Shown one piece after another: positions 54,492 to 63,126 of a stretch of 64,000 nt of DNA. The translations under genes were made by a program, and so were the position numbers. This DNA comes from Citricoccus sp. (GTDB taxonomy: Bacteria > Actinomycetota > Actinomycetes > Actinomycetales > Micrococcaceae), in contig NZ_JALDXU010000006.1 in NCBI RefSeq assembly GCF_032154715.1, positions 2,399 through 66,398 on the forward strand. Direction: 5' to 3'. The first letter of the stretch is position 1. Each line of letters opens with the position of its first letter. The notes beneath the pieces are model-generated. The model saw only the letters and a program-made list of their open reading frames with translations. It had not been told where the DNA came from and did not search any database.

Positions 54492-54504
54492 TAATACCGT
54501 ATTA
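54492..54504. promoter_or_regulatory. candidate GntR operator TAATACCGTATTA (6-1-6 palindrome)
   Basis: The site lies in the divergent region between the KstD-like operon and the HIBADH-like gene. It has the same core as the sites at 57608 and 58392. Confidence 0.45.
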
Positions 54505-54573
54505 GTCCTTGGCTTCACCCGGGCCCTACCCCGCCCGGCTTCATGCCCAGCAACATCACGGAGAGTCAGTCCT

Positions 54574-55494
54574 ATGAGTACCCGATCAGCCGCACAACCG
54601 AAGAGCCTCTTCATCGGGCTCGGCAACATGGGCCGGCCCATGGCGGCACAGTATGCCCCCGCCTTTCCATCCTGGGTTTTCGACATCGACGCCAGCGTCG
54701 CTGATGACGTTGCAGAAGAGACAGGCACCCTAGCGCTCCCACATCTCAGCGCCTTGCCGGCCGGCATCGAGACCGTCATTCTGATGCTCCCGAACAGCCA
54801 GATCGTCGAAAACACCCTGCGGGGCGAGGACGGTCTGTTCAGACAGTTGGGATCCGGTGCACTGGTGATCGACATGAGCTCATCACAGCCGGACAGCACC
54901 CGCGCCCTGGCCGCCGAAGCATCCGCATGCGGCATCCACTATGTGGACGCCCCGGTCTCCGGAGGAGTCCTCAAGGCTCGAACTGGCGAGCTGTCCCTCA
55001 TGGTCGGCGGTTCGGAAGATGCCGTCGAGGCTGCTATGCCGCATCTCGAATCTATGGCTGGCGCCATCGTCAAGGCGGGCCCCTCGGGTGCCGGCCATGC
55101 GGCCAAAGCCCTGAACAATCTTCTCTCGGCCACAAACCTGGCCGCTGCTGCTGAGATCCTCTGTGTGGCCCAGGCCAACGGCATCGAGCCGGAAACCATG
55201 GTGGACGTCATCAACTCTTCCACGAGCCGCAGCCAGGCTTCCGAAGTCAAGTATCCCCGGCACATCCTGACTGGGACTTTCGACTCGGGCTTCGCGATGG
55301 ATTTGATGATCAAGGACATGGCGATCGCCATGGATCTCATCAGGGCCAATTCCATCGAGGCGCCCCTGGTCAGCCGGACCAGTGAAATCGCGGCCGAGGC
55401 ACGCGCCTCGTTGGACAACGAACGTCCTGACCACACCGAGTTGGCGCGCTATGTGGAAAACGTCAACCACACCACCCTGCGTTCCTCCCGCTAA
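54574..55494 (+). CDS. NAD(P)-dependent oxidoreductase (3-hydroxyisobutyrate dehydrogenase family)
   Basis: SLFIGLGNMGRPMA is a Rossmann N-terminus and DAPVSGG is present. The ATG at 54574 has a GGAGAG RBS. Confidence 0.85.
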   Translation: MSTRSAAQPKSLFIGLGNMGRPMAAQYAPAFPSWVFDIDASVADDVAEETGTLALPHLSALPAGIETVILMLPNSQIVENTLRGEDGLFRQLGSGALVIDMSSSQPDSTRALAAEASACGIHYVDAPVSGGVLKARTGELSLMVGGSEDAVEAAMPHLESMAGAIVKAGPSGAGHAAKALNNLLSATNLAAAAEILCVAQANGIEPETMVDVINSSTSRSQASEVKYPRHILTGTFDSGFAMDLMIKDMAIAMDLIRANSIEAPLVSRTSEIAAEARASLDNERPDHTELARYVENVNHTTLRSSR

Positions 55495-55565
55495 CCCACC
55501 TCAGGCATCCTGCCGCCCTGCGGGCCGCGAAGACGCCCGTCGAACCCTTGAGACAGGACTTTCTC

Positions 55566-57047
55566 ATGACCAGCACCACTACCACTACGCCGCGGAAGGC
55601 CCCGGGGAAACCGCGTGCGGTCAACGCCAAGCTGATCGGCGGCCTGCTCGGTCCCGCCCTCTTCCTGCTGATCGTCTCACTCCCGGAGCTGGGCGGCATG
55701 GGGCAGTCGGCTCAGGCTGTCCTTGCCATCACCGCCTGGGTGGCCACCTGGTGGATCGCCGAGACGGTACCGCTGGCGGCCACTGCCCTGATCCCACTGA
55801 TCCTCTTCCCCATCTTCGGCGTGGCCGAGCGGGATGACGTCATCGCCGCCTACGCCAATGACATCATCTTCCTATTCCTCGGCGGCTTCATCATTGCGGC
55901 GGCGCTGGAGAAAGTGAACCTGCATCGGCGCATCGCCCTGAGCATCATCAACGTCATGGGTACCAACCCATCGCGGCTCGTACTCGGATTCATGATCGCC
56001 ACGATGTTCGTCTCGCTGTGGATCTCCAACACGGCCACCACCATGATGATGATTCCGATTGCCCTCTCGATCCTCAGCCAGTTTCACTTCAAGGACAACG
56101 ACGAAGAGAACCGCAAAGTACGCCTGCTGGAGAAGGCTCTGATCTTCGGTACCGCCTACGCCGCCACGGCCGGCGGCATGGGAACACTGATCTCCGGCAC
56201 GCCCAATCCCATCTTCGCCGCACAGGCCCTGGAAGTGGCTGACGTCGAGATCGGCTTCGGACAATTCATGCTGTTCGGCATCCCAGCCGCCATCCTCTCG
56301 ACCCTGGTCATCTGGCTTTACCTCACTCGGGTGAAGTTCAAAGTGGGCCACCAACCGGTCCCGGGCGCCAAGGAGATCATCCAGGAGGAACTTCAGGCGC
56401 TCGGCAAGATGTCGCGGGACGAGGTCCTGGTGCTCGTCACGTCAGCGAGCATCGCCTTCCTGTGGATCACGCGGACCTTCTTGTGGTCCAACCTCATCCC
56501 CTCACTCTCCGACGGCATGATCTCCGTCGCAGGAGTCGTCGCCCTGTTCCTGCTCCCGGCCAAGGGCGGTGGGCGGCTTTTGACCTGGAAGGACACTGCC
56601 AAGGTTCCGTGGGACGTTCTGCTCCTCTTCGGTGGCGGTCTGGCAATCGCCGTCGGTTTCGAACAGTCCGGCCTCTCTGAGTGGTTCGGCAGCAGCCTCG
56701 GCATCCTGCAGGGAGCCCCGCCCGTTCTCGTCGTATTCGTTGGTGCCACGCTGGTGCTGTTCCTGACGGAGATCACCTCCAATACCGCAACCGCGACGTT
56801 GTTGATACCCGTCTTCGGCGTGGTGGCCTCGGCCATCGGGATGGACCCGATGCCGCTCATGCTGGCCGCCGCGTTGGGTGCCAACTTCGCCTTTATGCTG
56901 CCAGTGGCCACGCCGCCGAACGCCATTGCCTACGGCACCGGCAAGATCTCCATCCGCGAGATGGTAACGACCGGATTCTGGTTGAACATCGTCCACGCCT
57001 TCTACATCACCGCCATCGTCATGCTGTGGTTCCCCGTGGTCTTCTAG
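55566..57047 (+). CDS. DASS/SLC13 family anion:sodium symporter
   Basis: The protein is multi-TM, with AWVATWWIAETVPLAATALIPL and a C-terminal repeat that includes TSNTATA. Confidence 0.85.
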   Translation: MTSTTTTTPRKAPGKPRAVNAKLIGGLLGPALFLLIVSLPELGGMGQSAQAVLAITAWVATWWIAETVPLAATALIPLILFPIFGVAERDDVIAAYANDIIFLFLGGFIIAAALEKVNLHRRIALSIINVMGTNPSRLVLGFMIATMFVSLWISNTATTMMMIPIALSILSQFHFKDNDEENRKVRLLEKALIFGTAYAATAGGMGTLISGTPNPIFAAQALEVADVEIGFGQFMLFGIPAAILSTLVIWLYLTRVKFKVGHQPVPGAKEIIQEELQALGKMSRDEVLVLVTSASIAFLWITRTFLWSNLIPSLSDGMISVAGVVALFLLPAKGGGRLLTWKDTAKVPWDVLLLFGGGLAIAVGFEQSGLSEWFGSSLGILQGAPPVLVVFVGATLVLFLTEITSNTATATLLIPVFGVVASAIGMDPMPLMLAAALGANFAFMLPVATPPNAIAYGTGKISIREMVTTGFWLNIVHAFYITAIVMLWFPVVF

Positions 57048-57085
57048 ACCACATCGAGTCCCGGAATCCAGGGACAAGACATGAA

Positions 57086-57118
57086 GAGGGGCCGGACAGT
57101 CACACTGTCCGGCCCCTC
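57086..57118. terminator. bidirectional stem-loop terminator between convergent DASS and CMD genes
   Basis: There is a perfect 14-bp stem, GAGGGGCCGGACAG / CTGTCCGGCCCCTC, with a 5-nt loop. Confidence 0.6.
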
Positions 57119-57134
57119 TCGAGTTCCGCTGCGC

Positions 57135-57539
57135 TCAGTCCTTGCCGGTGTGCACCTCCACCTGCGGTTCGAGGGTCTCCACCTGAACGACTTCCTGCCA
57201 GGCCTCTACGCCGTACTGGAAAGCGACAATGCCCGCCTCCGGCAGGGCGATCTCGATCGCCTCGAGGATCTCCTGCGGAGACGCACCGTGATCCAGGGCC
57301 ACCTGGATGTGACTCTTCAATTGCGGCTTGGGAGCGCGCATGACGGTCAGGCTCAGGATGAACAGCAATTCCTTGGTCTTGGCGTCCAGAAGACGGGGCT
57401 TCAAGTAGGCGCCCGAGACAACCGTATTGGCAGCTTTGAGCACCTCGAAATCCGCCGTGGCCATGATCTTGTGGTACTCGAGAACGTAACCGCGCTTCTC
57501 GGCCATGTCGTTGATGTACTGCTGCGCTTCGCTGGACAT
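57135..57539 (-). CDS. carboxymuconolactone decarboxylase (AhpD-like) family protein
   Basis: YVLEYHKIMATADFEVLKA...LLFILSLTVMRAP...ALDHGASPQEILEAIEIA is typical of CMD. I prefer the ATG at 57539 over the TTG at 57554. Confidence 0.75.
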   Translation of the reverse strand: MSSEAQQYINDMAEKRGYVLEYHKIMATADFEVLKAANTVVSGAYLKPRLLDAKTKELLFILSLTVMRAPKPQLKSHIQVALDHGASPQEILEAIEIALPEAGIVAFQYGVEAWQEVVQVETLEPQVEVHTGKD

Positions 57540-57607
57540 GATAGGCCCCTTCAAATGTCGGATGCGGGATCCGTGTGATCCGCAACACTGGGTCGGTCGC
57601 TAAAACT

Positions 57608-57622
57608 ATAATACGGTATTAT
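57608..57622. promoter_or_regulatory. candidate GntR operator ATAATACGGTATTAT (perfect 7-1-7 palindrome)
   Basis: Read directly, about 57 nt upstream of the second gntR gene. Confidence 0.5.
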
Positions 57623-57678
57623 GGGATCAGTTCAACTGGAGTTGTCCACCCGCGCCGCAGACCAGGGACAATACGAAC

Positions 57679-58374
57679 ATGACTGAAGCAACCCGCATCA
57701 AGCGCGTGGCCGCACCCTTACGTCACCAAGTGGCCGAAGGGTTGCGAGATGACATCCACGAAGGGCATTTCACCCCCGGCCAACGACTCGTCGAGAACCA
57801 ACTCTGCGAGCGCTACGGGGTGTCGCGGACCGTTGTACGCGAGGCCCTGCGACAGCTGGAATCCGAAGGACTGATCCAGGTCGAGCCGAACCGAGGCCCT
57901 GTGGTCGTCGTACTCACGGAGCAGGACGTCGAGGATCTGTATCGTGTCCGGAGTTCGCTGGAGGGACTTGCCGGCGAGCTTTTCGCCGAGGCCGCGACGT
58001 CGGGTGAATGCGAAGCGCTGATCAACGCACACCGGCACCTTGAGACGACGCTCAGGACAGGCGCACTCAAAGAGCAGGTCAAGGCCAAGGACGAATTCTA
58101 TGAATCACTGCTGACCGGCACCCACAATGCCGTCCTGCAGTCCATGGTGGAGAGCATCCACGGCCGGACGCGCCTCTTCCGCAGCCTCTCCCTACAGGCA
58201 CCCGGACGCCCCCAAGAGTCGATCATCGAACTGCAAGAGGTGACCGACGCTGCCGCCGTGCAGCGGAATCCCGCCGCGGCCCGCGCCGCCTGCCAGGTCC
58301 ACATCACCCGCGCCGGCGAACTGGCACTGGAGACTCTCCGGCAGAAGGACGCCACGGAAATTGCGGTTCTCTAG
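57679..58374 (+). CDS. GntR family transcriptional regulator (FadR/FCD subfamily)
   Basis: The HTH reads LVENQLCERYGVSRTVVREALRQLESEGLI, followed by an FCD domain. Confidence 0.9.
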   Translation: MTEATRIKRVAAPLRHQVAEGLRDDIHEGHFTPGQRLVENQLCERYGVSRTVVREALRQLESEGLIQVEPNRGPVVVVLTEQDVEDLYRVRSSLEGLAGELFAEAATSGECEALINAHRHLETTLRTGALKEQVKAKDEFYESLLTGTHNAVLQSMVESIHGRTRLFRSLSLQAPGRPQESIIELQEVTDAAAVQRNPAAARAACQVHITRAGELALETLRQKDATEIAVL

Positions 58375-58391
58375 ATCTCCACGCCAGACCA

Positions 58392-58411
58392 GTATTACTG
58401 TATTACGGTAC
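58392..58411. promoter_or_regulatory. GntR-operator-like half-site repeats GTATTACTGTATTACGGTAC upstream of the aldehyde dehydrogenase gene
   Basis: The reverse complement, GTACCGTAATACAGTAATAC, matches GTACTACCGTAATACCGTATTAG at 54485-54505. Confidence 0.3.
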
Positions 58412-58444
58412 AGAGGACACTGGCAGGATCTTGAGGAGTACAAC

Positions 58445-59923
58445 GTGGATACGAACACCACCATCGGCACGCCGGTCGATTTCGCGATCAACGCGGTTGA
58501 CCCAGGGCCGGTTCCCCATTGGATCAACGGCGGACCCGTGCTTTCTTCCGACGGCACTTCCCACGCCGTACTCAATCCTGTTACGGGCGGCCCAGGGGCC
58601 ACGGTCTCCCTCGGAACAGTCGTCGACGTCGACGTCGCAGTAAGATCAGCCGCTGGCGCCGCGTGGCAGTGGCGCAAGATGGCGTCTGCCGAGCGCGCGT
58701 CCCTCATCGGCTCCTTGGCCCGGCTCATTCGGGAGAACCTCGAGCTCCTCGTCACCCTGGAACGGGCCGAGACGGGTAAGCCGCGGGCCGTCGCTGAGGC
58801 CGAGGTCCGCGGGGCTGCGGAGTACTTCGAGTTCTATGCAGGCCTGTCCCACCTGCCGCAGGGCGAGGTCATCAATGTCGTGCCAGATCAACACGTCTAT
58901 ACCCTGCGCGAACCCTTCGGCGTCATCGGCGTCATCACCCCGTGGAACATCCCGATCAATCAGGCCGCCCGGGCGGTCGCCCCCGCGATCACCGCCGGCA
59001 ATGTCGTCGTCGTCAAACCGGCAGAATCCACCTCCCAGACCACTGTCGCACTCGCCAGGCTGGCGACCGAGGCGGGCCTGCCTCGCGGAGTCTTCAATGT
59101 CGTTCTCGGGCGGGGCGATGTCGTCGGAGACGCCATCGTCCACCACCCTGACGTGAGGAAGGTCGCCTTCACTGGATCTGTCGCCGTGGGTCAGGAGATC
59201 GGCCGCGTTGCCGCCGATCGCATTCTCCCGCTGACCCTGGAGTTGGGGGGCAAATCAGCGAACATCGTCTTCGCCGATGCGGACCGCGAGTTCGCCGCGA
59301 CGGAGGCCGTGCGGGCTTTCACCACGAATGCCGGCCAAGTGTGCTCCTCCGGCACTCGCCTTCTCGTCGAGCGGTCGATTCACGACGAGTTCGTGGACAG
59401 AGTCGTCGATATCGCGAGCGGGATCAGGCCGGGCGTCGATATGGGTCCCATGATCACCAAGGGCCAGTTCGACCAGGTTCAGGACTATTTCGGGGTCGCC
59501 CGTCAGGAAGGAGCCACGGTCGCGCTCGGCGGCACCATGGCAAGAGAGCCCCACCTGGAGGGTGGCTTCTACATCAACCCGACCGTCTACACCGGTGTAC
59601 GAAACTCCATGCGCATCGCCCAGGAAGAGATCTTCGGTCCCGTGTTGGTCGTCATTCCCTTTGACGGGGAACAGGAGGCCGTCGAGATCGCCAACGACTC
59701 CGAATTCGGACTCGTCGGTGGTGTATGGACCCAGAACATGGCGCGGGCTATTCGCGTATCGGAAGCCCTGGAAGCCGGGCAGATCTATGTCAACACATGG
59801 TCCACCGCTTCAGTCCAGACATCCTTCGGTGGCCAGAAGAGGAGCGGTTACGGGCGCGAGAAGGGCATCGAGGCACTGAACCATTACACCCAGCTCAAGA
59901 GCGTGACCATCGCGCTTCGCTGA
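58445..59923 (+). CDS. aldehyde dehydrogenase family protein
   Basis: The catalytic motifs LELGGKSA and GQVCSSGTR are present. The GTG at 58445 is preceded by GAGGAG. Confidence 0.85.
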   Translation: MDTNTTIGTPVDFAINAVDPGPVPHWINGGPVLSSDGTSHAVLNPVTGGPGATVSLGTVVDVDVAVRSAAGAAWQWRKMASAERASLIGSLARLIRENLELLVTLERAETGKPRAVAEAEVRGAAEYFEFYAGLSHLPQGEVINVVPDQHVYTLREPFGVIGVITPWNIPINQAARAVAPAITAGNVVVVKPAESTSQTTVALARLATEAGLPRGVFNVVLGRGDVVGDAIVHHPDVRKVAFTGSVAVGQEIGRVAADRILPLTLELGGKSANIVFADADREFAATEAVRAFTTNAGQVCSSGTRLLVERSIHDEFVDRVVDIASGIRPGVDMGPMITKGQFDQVQDYFGVARQEGATVALGGTMAREPHLEGGFYINPTVYTGVRNSMRIAQEEIFGPVLVVIPFDGEQEAVEIANDSEFGLVGGVWTQNMARAIRVSEALEAGQIYVNTWSTASVQTSFGGQKRSGYGREKGIEALNHYTQLKSVTIALR

Positions 59924-59998
59924 GCCATGCCCGTCCTTCTCATCCGCAGCAAGGACATCCGATTCTGGCTTCAATTTCCGCATCGATGATCGGCAGCG

Positions 59999-60796
59999 TC
60001 AGTTCGGGCGGGGCGCGCTGCGGCGCTGCATGGCGCGGGCCGCGGGCTCGTGGCCCAGCCGGCGGGTGATAGCGCGGGCCGCGAACTGCAGTTGCGGGAT
60101 GGTGACGGCCAGGTGCTCCTCGCCCCGGGGGACGATCACGGTGAGCGTACCCACGATGCGATGGTCCTCCACAAAGATCGGCACCGAGATCCCGCTCGAC
60201 TCCTCCACGATGATCCCCGCCATGGACACGAAGCCGTTGCGGCGGATGTCCGCCAGCACGCCGCGCAGCTGATCCGGATCCGTGACGGTGTCCGGGGTGA
60301 GCTTCTCCAGGCGCCGGTGCAGGAAACGGTCCTGCTCCTCCTGCGGCGCATAGGCCATGAACACCAGCCCCGCCGAGCAGCCGTGGACCGGCAGTCGGCC
60401 GGCGATCCGGGTGATGTTGATCGTGGCGTCGTCGGCGGCCAGCCGCTCCAGATACAGCACGTCCGTGCCCTCCAGCACACCGAGCGAAACGTGGTTGCCG
60501 GTGTGGTTGAGCAGGTCCTCCATGGGCGGCAGTGCCGCCTCACGAAGGGAGGACGCCCGCGAGCCCCGGGAGGCCATCTCCCACATCCGGTGCCCGTGGC
60601 GCAGCCGTCCGGAGTCATCTCGCACCAGCAGTCCCTCCACCTCCAGCTCGGCGACGAGGCGGTGGACGGTGGAGACCGGCAGCCCCACGGCCCGGGCCAG
60701 TTCACGCAGGTGCAGCGCGGGAGTGTCATCGCTGAAGGCAGCCAGGATCCGCACCACGCGGTGGATGACGGATTCGCCGGAGGGCGAGTTGGCCAC
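59999..60796 (-). CDS. IclR family transcriptional regulator
   Basis: There is an N-terminal HTH (VVRILAAF...LHLRELARAVGLPVSTVHRLVAEL) and an IclR effector domain. Confidence 0.9.
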   Translation of the reverse strand: MANSPSGESVIHRVVRILAAFSDDTPALHLRELARAVGLPVSTVHRLVAELEVEGLLVRDDSGRLRHGHRMWEMASRGSRASSLREAALPPMEDLLNHTGNHVSLGVLEGTDVLYLERLAADDATINITRIAGRLPVHGCSAGLVFMAYAPQEEQDRFLHRRLEKLTPDTVTDPDQLRGVLADIRRNGFVSMAGIIVEESSGISVPIFVEDHRIVGTLTVIVPRGEEHLAVTIPQLQFAARAITRRLGHEPAARAMQRRSAPRPN

Positions 60797-60888
60797 GGCA
60801 TGCCTTTCGTCGACAGAGTGACCCTGATCATACCGATCAATGGAACACCCTCGGGAGTACCCACCGGATCGGCCCTACCGTTGCCGCC

Positions 60889-61701
60889 ATGACCGAGACC
60901 ACCGCCACCCCCTCCGCAGCTTCCTCCGCGTTCTCCTCTGTAGCCGGACGCGCCGCCGGCAAGGTCGTGCTGATCTCCGGGGCGGCCCAGGGCATGGGCG
61001 CCTCGCATGCCCGGGTGCTGGCGGCGGCCGGGGCCAACGTCGTCATCGGCGACCTCCAGGTTGAGGCCGGCACCGCCCTGGCCGAGGAGATCACTGCGAT
61101 CGCCGGCCGGCGGGCCGCCGCCTTCACCCCGCTGAACGTGACGAGCCTTCAGGACTGGACAGCCGCCGTCGGGCACTGTGTCCGGGAGTTCGGGAAGCTG
61201 GACGTGCTGGTCAACAACGCGGGGATCTACACGCCCGGGAATGTGGAGGACGCCTCCGTGGAGGACTGGTCCCGGACCCTCGAGATCGACCTGACCGGGA
61301 CGTTCCTCGGGATGAAGGCCGCGGTGCCGGAGCTGAAGAAGCAGCGCACCTCCTCGATCATCAACGTGTCCTCGATCGCCGGGCTGGTCGGCTTCAAGAA
61401 CCGCGCCGCGTACTCCGCCGCGAAATGGGGCGTGCAGGGGCTGACCAAAACCTCGGCGCTGGACTTCGGGGAGGACGGGATCCGGGTGAACTCCATTCAC
61501 CCCGGCTCCGTGGAGACACCGCTCACCGCCGGCCTGAAGCGGGGACTCGGGCAGGTGCCCGCCGGCCGCGCCGCCCAGGTCGAGGAGATCAGCTCCCTGG
61601 TGCTCTACCTGGCCTCGGACGAGTCCCGTTTCATCTCCGGCTCGTCCATCGCCATCGACGGCGGCGAGACAGCGGGCAACCACCTGCGGCAGGATTCCTG
61701 A
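60889..61701 (+). CDS. SDR family oxidoreductase (hydroxysteroid dehydrogenase-like)
   Basis: ISGAAQGMG, NNAG and YSAAKWG are present. Confidence 0.9.
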   Translation: MTETTATPSAASSAFSSVAGRAAGKVVLISGAAQGMGASHARVLAAAGANVVIGDLQVEAGTALAEEITAIAGRRAAAFTPLNVTSLQDWTAAVGHCVREFGKLDVLVNNAGIYTPGNVEDASVEDWSRTLEIDLTGTFLGMKAAVPELKKQRTSSIINVSSIAGLVGFKNRAAYSAAKWGVQGLTKTSALDFGEDGIRVNSIHPGSVETPLTAGLKRGLGQVPAGRAAQVEEISSLVLYLASDESRFISGSSIAIDGGETAGNHLRQDS

Positions 61702-61732
61702 CCCGAAGTGCGGTGAGCGCACCGCCGCCCCC

Positions 61733-62128
61733 TCAGGGGAGGTGCCCGAAGATGAACTCCTCAGCGTGTCGGATGGCCTTGGTGAAGGCCTGGTTGCGCA
61801 GCGTCACCCGTTCCCGGTCCACTCCGTCATCCGGTTCGACGTACTGGGTCGGGCCGGGATGCAGGACCCAGATGTCGCCCTGCGGTGGCAGATAGAACAC
61901 GCCGAACGAGCGGTGCTCGGAGTCATCGGCCCACATCGGCACGACGGCGACGGCCGCACCCGTGTCCACATTGATCCACTGAGCGCGAGGCATCGGCGGC
62001 TCGGTCACCTCGGGATCCAGAAACGGGGCTGCGCCTTTGCCCCACCGCTCCTCGAATCGCTCGTAGAAGGTGGGCAACAGCGAGTGGTTATACGGTCGCC
62101 ACGAACTCATTCCGGTCATTTCCATCAC
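61733..62128 (-). CDS. hypothetical protein
   Basis: This is a 131-aa ORF with normal local composition. I recognise no domain. Confidence 0.5.
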   Translation of the reverse strand: MMEMTGMSSWRPYNHSLLPTFYERFEERWGKGAAPFLDPEVTEPPMPRAQWINVDTGAAVAVVPMWADDSEHRSFGVFYLPPQGDIWVLHPGPTQYVEPDDGVDRERVTLRNQAFTKAIRHAEEFIFGHLP

Positions 62129-62188
62129 GATTCCTCCGGGCCCGCGCCCGCCCTTCGCCCCACCCTGTATGGGTCCGGAGGGCGGGAC

Positions 62189-62216
62189 GGGGCCCCGGAA
62201 CGGGATCCGGGGCCCC
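62189..62216 (-). terminator. stem-loop terminator downstream of hsp20
   Basis: There is a perfect 11-bp stem, GGGGCCCCGGA / TCCGGGGCCCC, with a 6-nt loop. Confidence 0.55.
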
Positions 62217-62229
62217 GCTGTGCCGATTC

Positions 62230-62661
62230 TCAGGAGTTGGACTCCACGAGCTGCCTCGGCTCGCCTACCGCCTCGACTTGGATGCGCCGTGGCTTGGCGT
62301 GCTCGGCCACGGGTATGCGCACGGTGAGAACACCGGCCTCGTAGCCCGCAGTGATCGCTCCGGTATCGAGTTGCTCGCCCAGGATGACCTGGCGGCTGAA
62401 GACACCGCGCGGTTGCTCCGAGGCCAGCATCTCGGCCCCTTCGGGTGCCCGCGGTGCCCGCTCGGCCCGGACGGTCAAGGCGTTGCCTTCGATCCCCAGG
62501 TCGATGGAATCCGCCTCCACCCCGGGCAAATCGAACGCGATGGCGAACTGGTCGCCCTCCCGCCAGGCCTCCAACGGCATCGCGGCCGGCCTGGATCGGG
62601 TGCCCAGCACCTGCTCGGCGAGACGGTCAAGGTCGCGGAACGGATCGGTACGCATCAGCAT
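62230..62661 (-). CDS. Hsp20/alpha-crystallin family small heat-shock protein
   Basis: [13 protein letters not shown]...[30 protein letters not shown]...GVLTVRIPV is a classic alpha-crystallin domain. Confidence 0.9.
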   Translation of the reverse strand: MLMRTDPFRDLDRLAEQVLGTRSRPAAMPLEAWREGDQFAIAFDLPGVEADSIDLGIEGNALTVRAERAPRAPEGAEMLASEQPRGVFSRQVILGEQLDTGAITAGYEAGVLTVRIPVAEHAKPRRIQVEAVGEPRQLVESNS

Positions 62662-62708
62662 GATGACTCACTCCCAACAGATGGTCGATGTATTCAGTGG
62701 TCCCAGCC

Positions 62709-62721
62709 TTGAGGATCTCAA
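62709..62721. promoter_or_regulatory. inverted repeat TTGAG-GAT-CTCAA in the hsp20/merR divergent region
   Basis: Read directly. It resembles HspR-type operators (CTTGAGT...ACTCAAG) but is shorter. Confidence 0.3.
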
Positions 62722-62759
62722 CTGGCTGGTACATATTTAATAACTCACGGACACAAGGT

Positions 62760-63086
62760 ATGCAAGGGTGGATTCCCGGACGAGTGGAAAGGTTCCCCGG
62801 TGTGAGCAAGGACAACCACGGCGTGTACAGCATCTCGGTCACCGCCAGGATGGTGGGGATGGAGCAGCACAACCTGCGCCAGTACGAGAGCCGTGGCCTG
62901 CTGGAGCCAGAGCGGACCCCCGGAGGCACCCGCCTCTACAGTGACCGGGATGTGGCTGCGCTTCGGCGCATCGGAGAGCTACTGGCCGATGGCCTCAACC
63001 TGGCCGGAGTCCGGCTGGTGCTGCAGCTCGAGGCCCGGAACCGACAGCTGACGCATCAGGTGAGGCGCCTCCAAGACCGGGCCTAG
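62760..63086 (+). CDS. MerR family heat-shock regulator (HspR-like)
   Basis: YSISVTARMVGMEQHNLRQYESRGLLEPERTPGGTRLYSDRDVAALRRI matches the HspR-type HTH. The start is uncertain (ATG 62760 or GTG 62802). Confidence 0.75.
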   Translation: MQGWIPGRVERFPGVSKDNHGVYSISVTARMVGMEQHNLRQYESRGLLEPERTPGGTRLYSDRDVAALRRIGELLADGLNLAGVRLVLQLEARNRQLTHQVRRLQDRA

Positions 63087-63126
63087 TCACCGCCGCCCGG
63101 CCCTGGAGCACACCCTCCGTCCACCC

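Noticed and set aside
60136-61722. A 528-aa minus-strand ORF across the IclR and SDR genes.
   Set aside because: It is antisense to the SDR (clear ISGAAQGMG and YSAAK motifs) and out of frame with IclR, with junk composition.
62709-62721. Calling the hsp20 upstream repeat a canonical HAIR element.
   Set aside because: The repeat is only 5-3-5 nt (TTGAG-GAT-CTCAA) rather than 7-N7-7. I kept it as a low-confidence operator candidate only.
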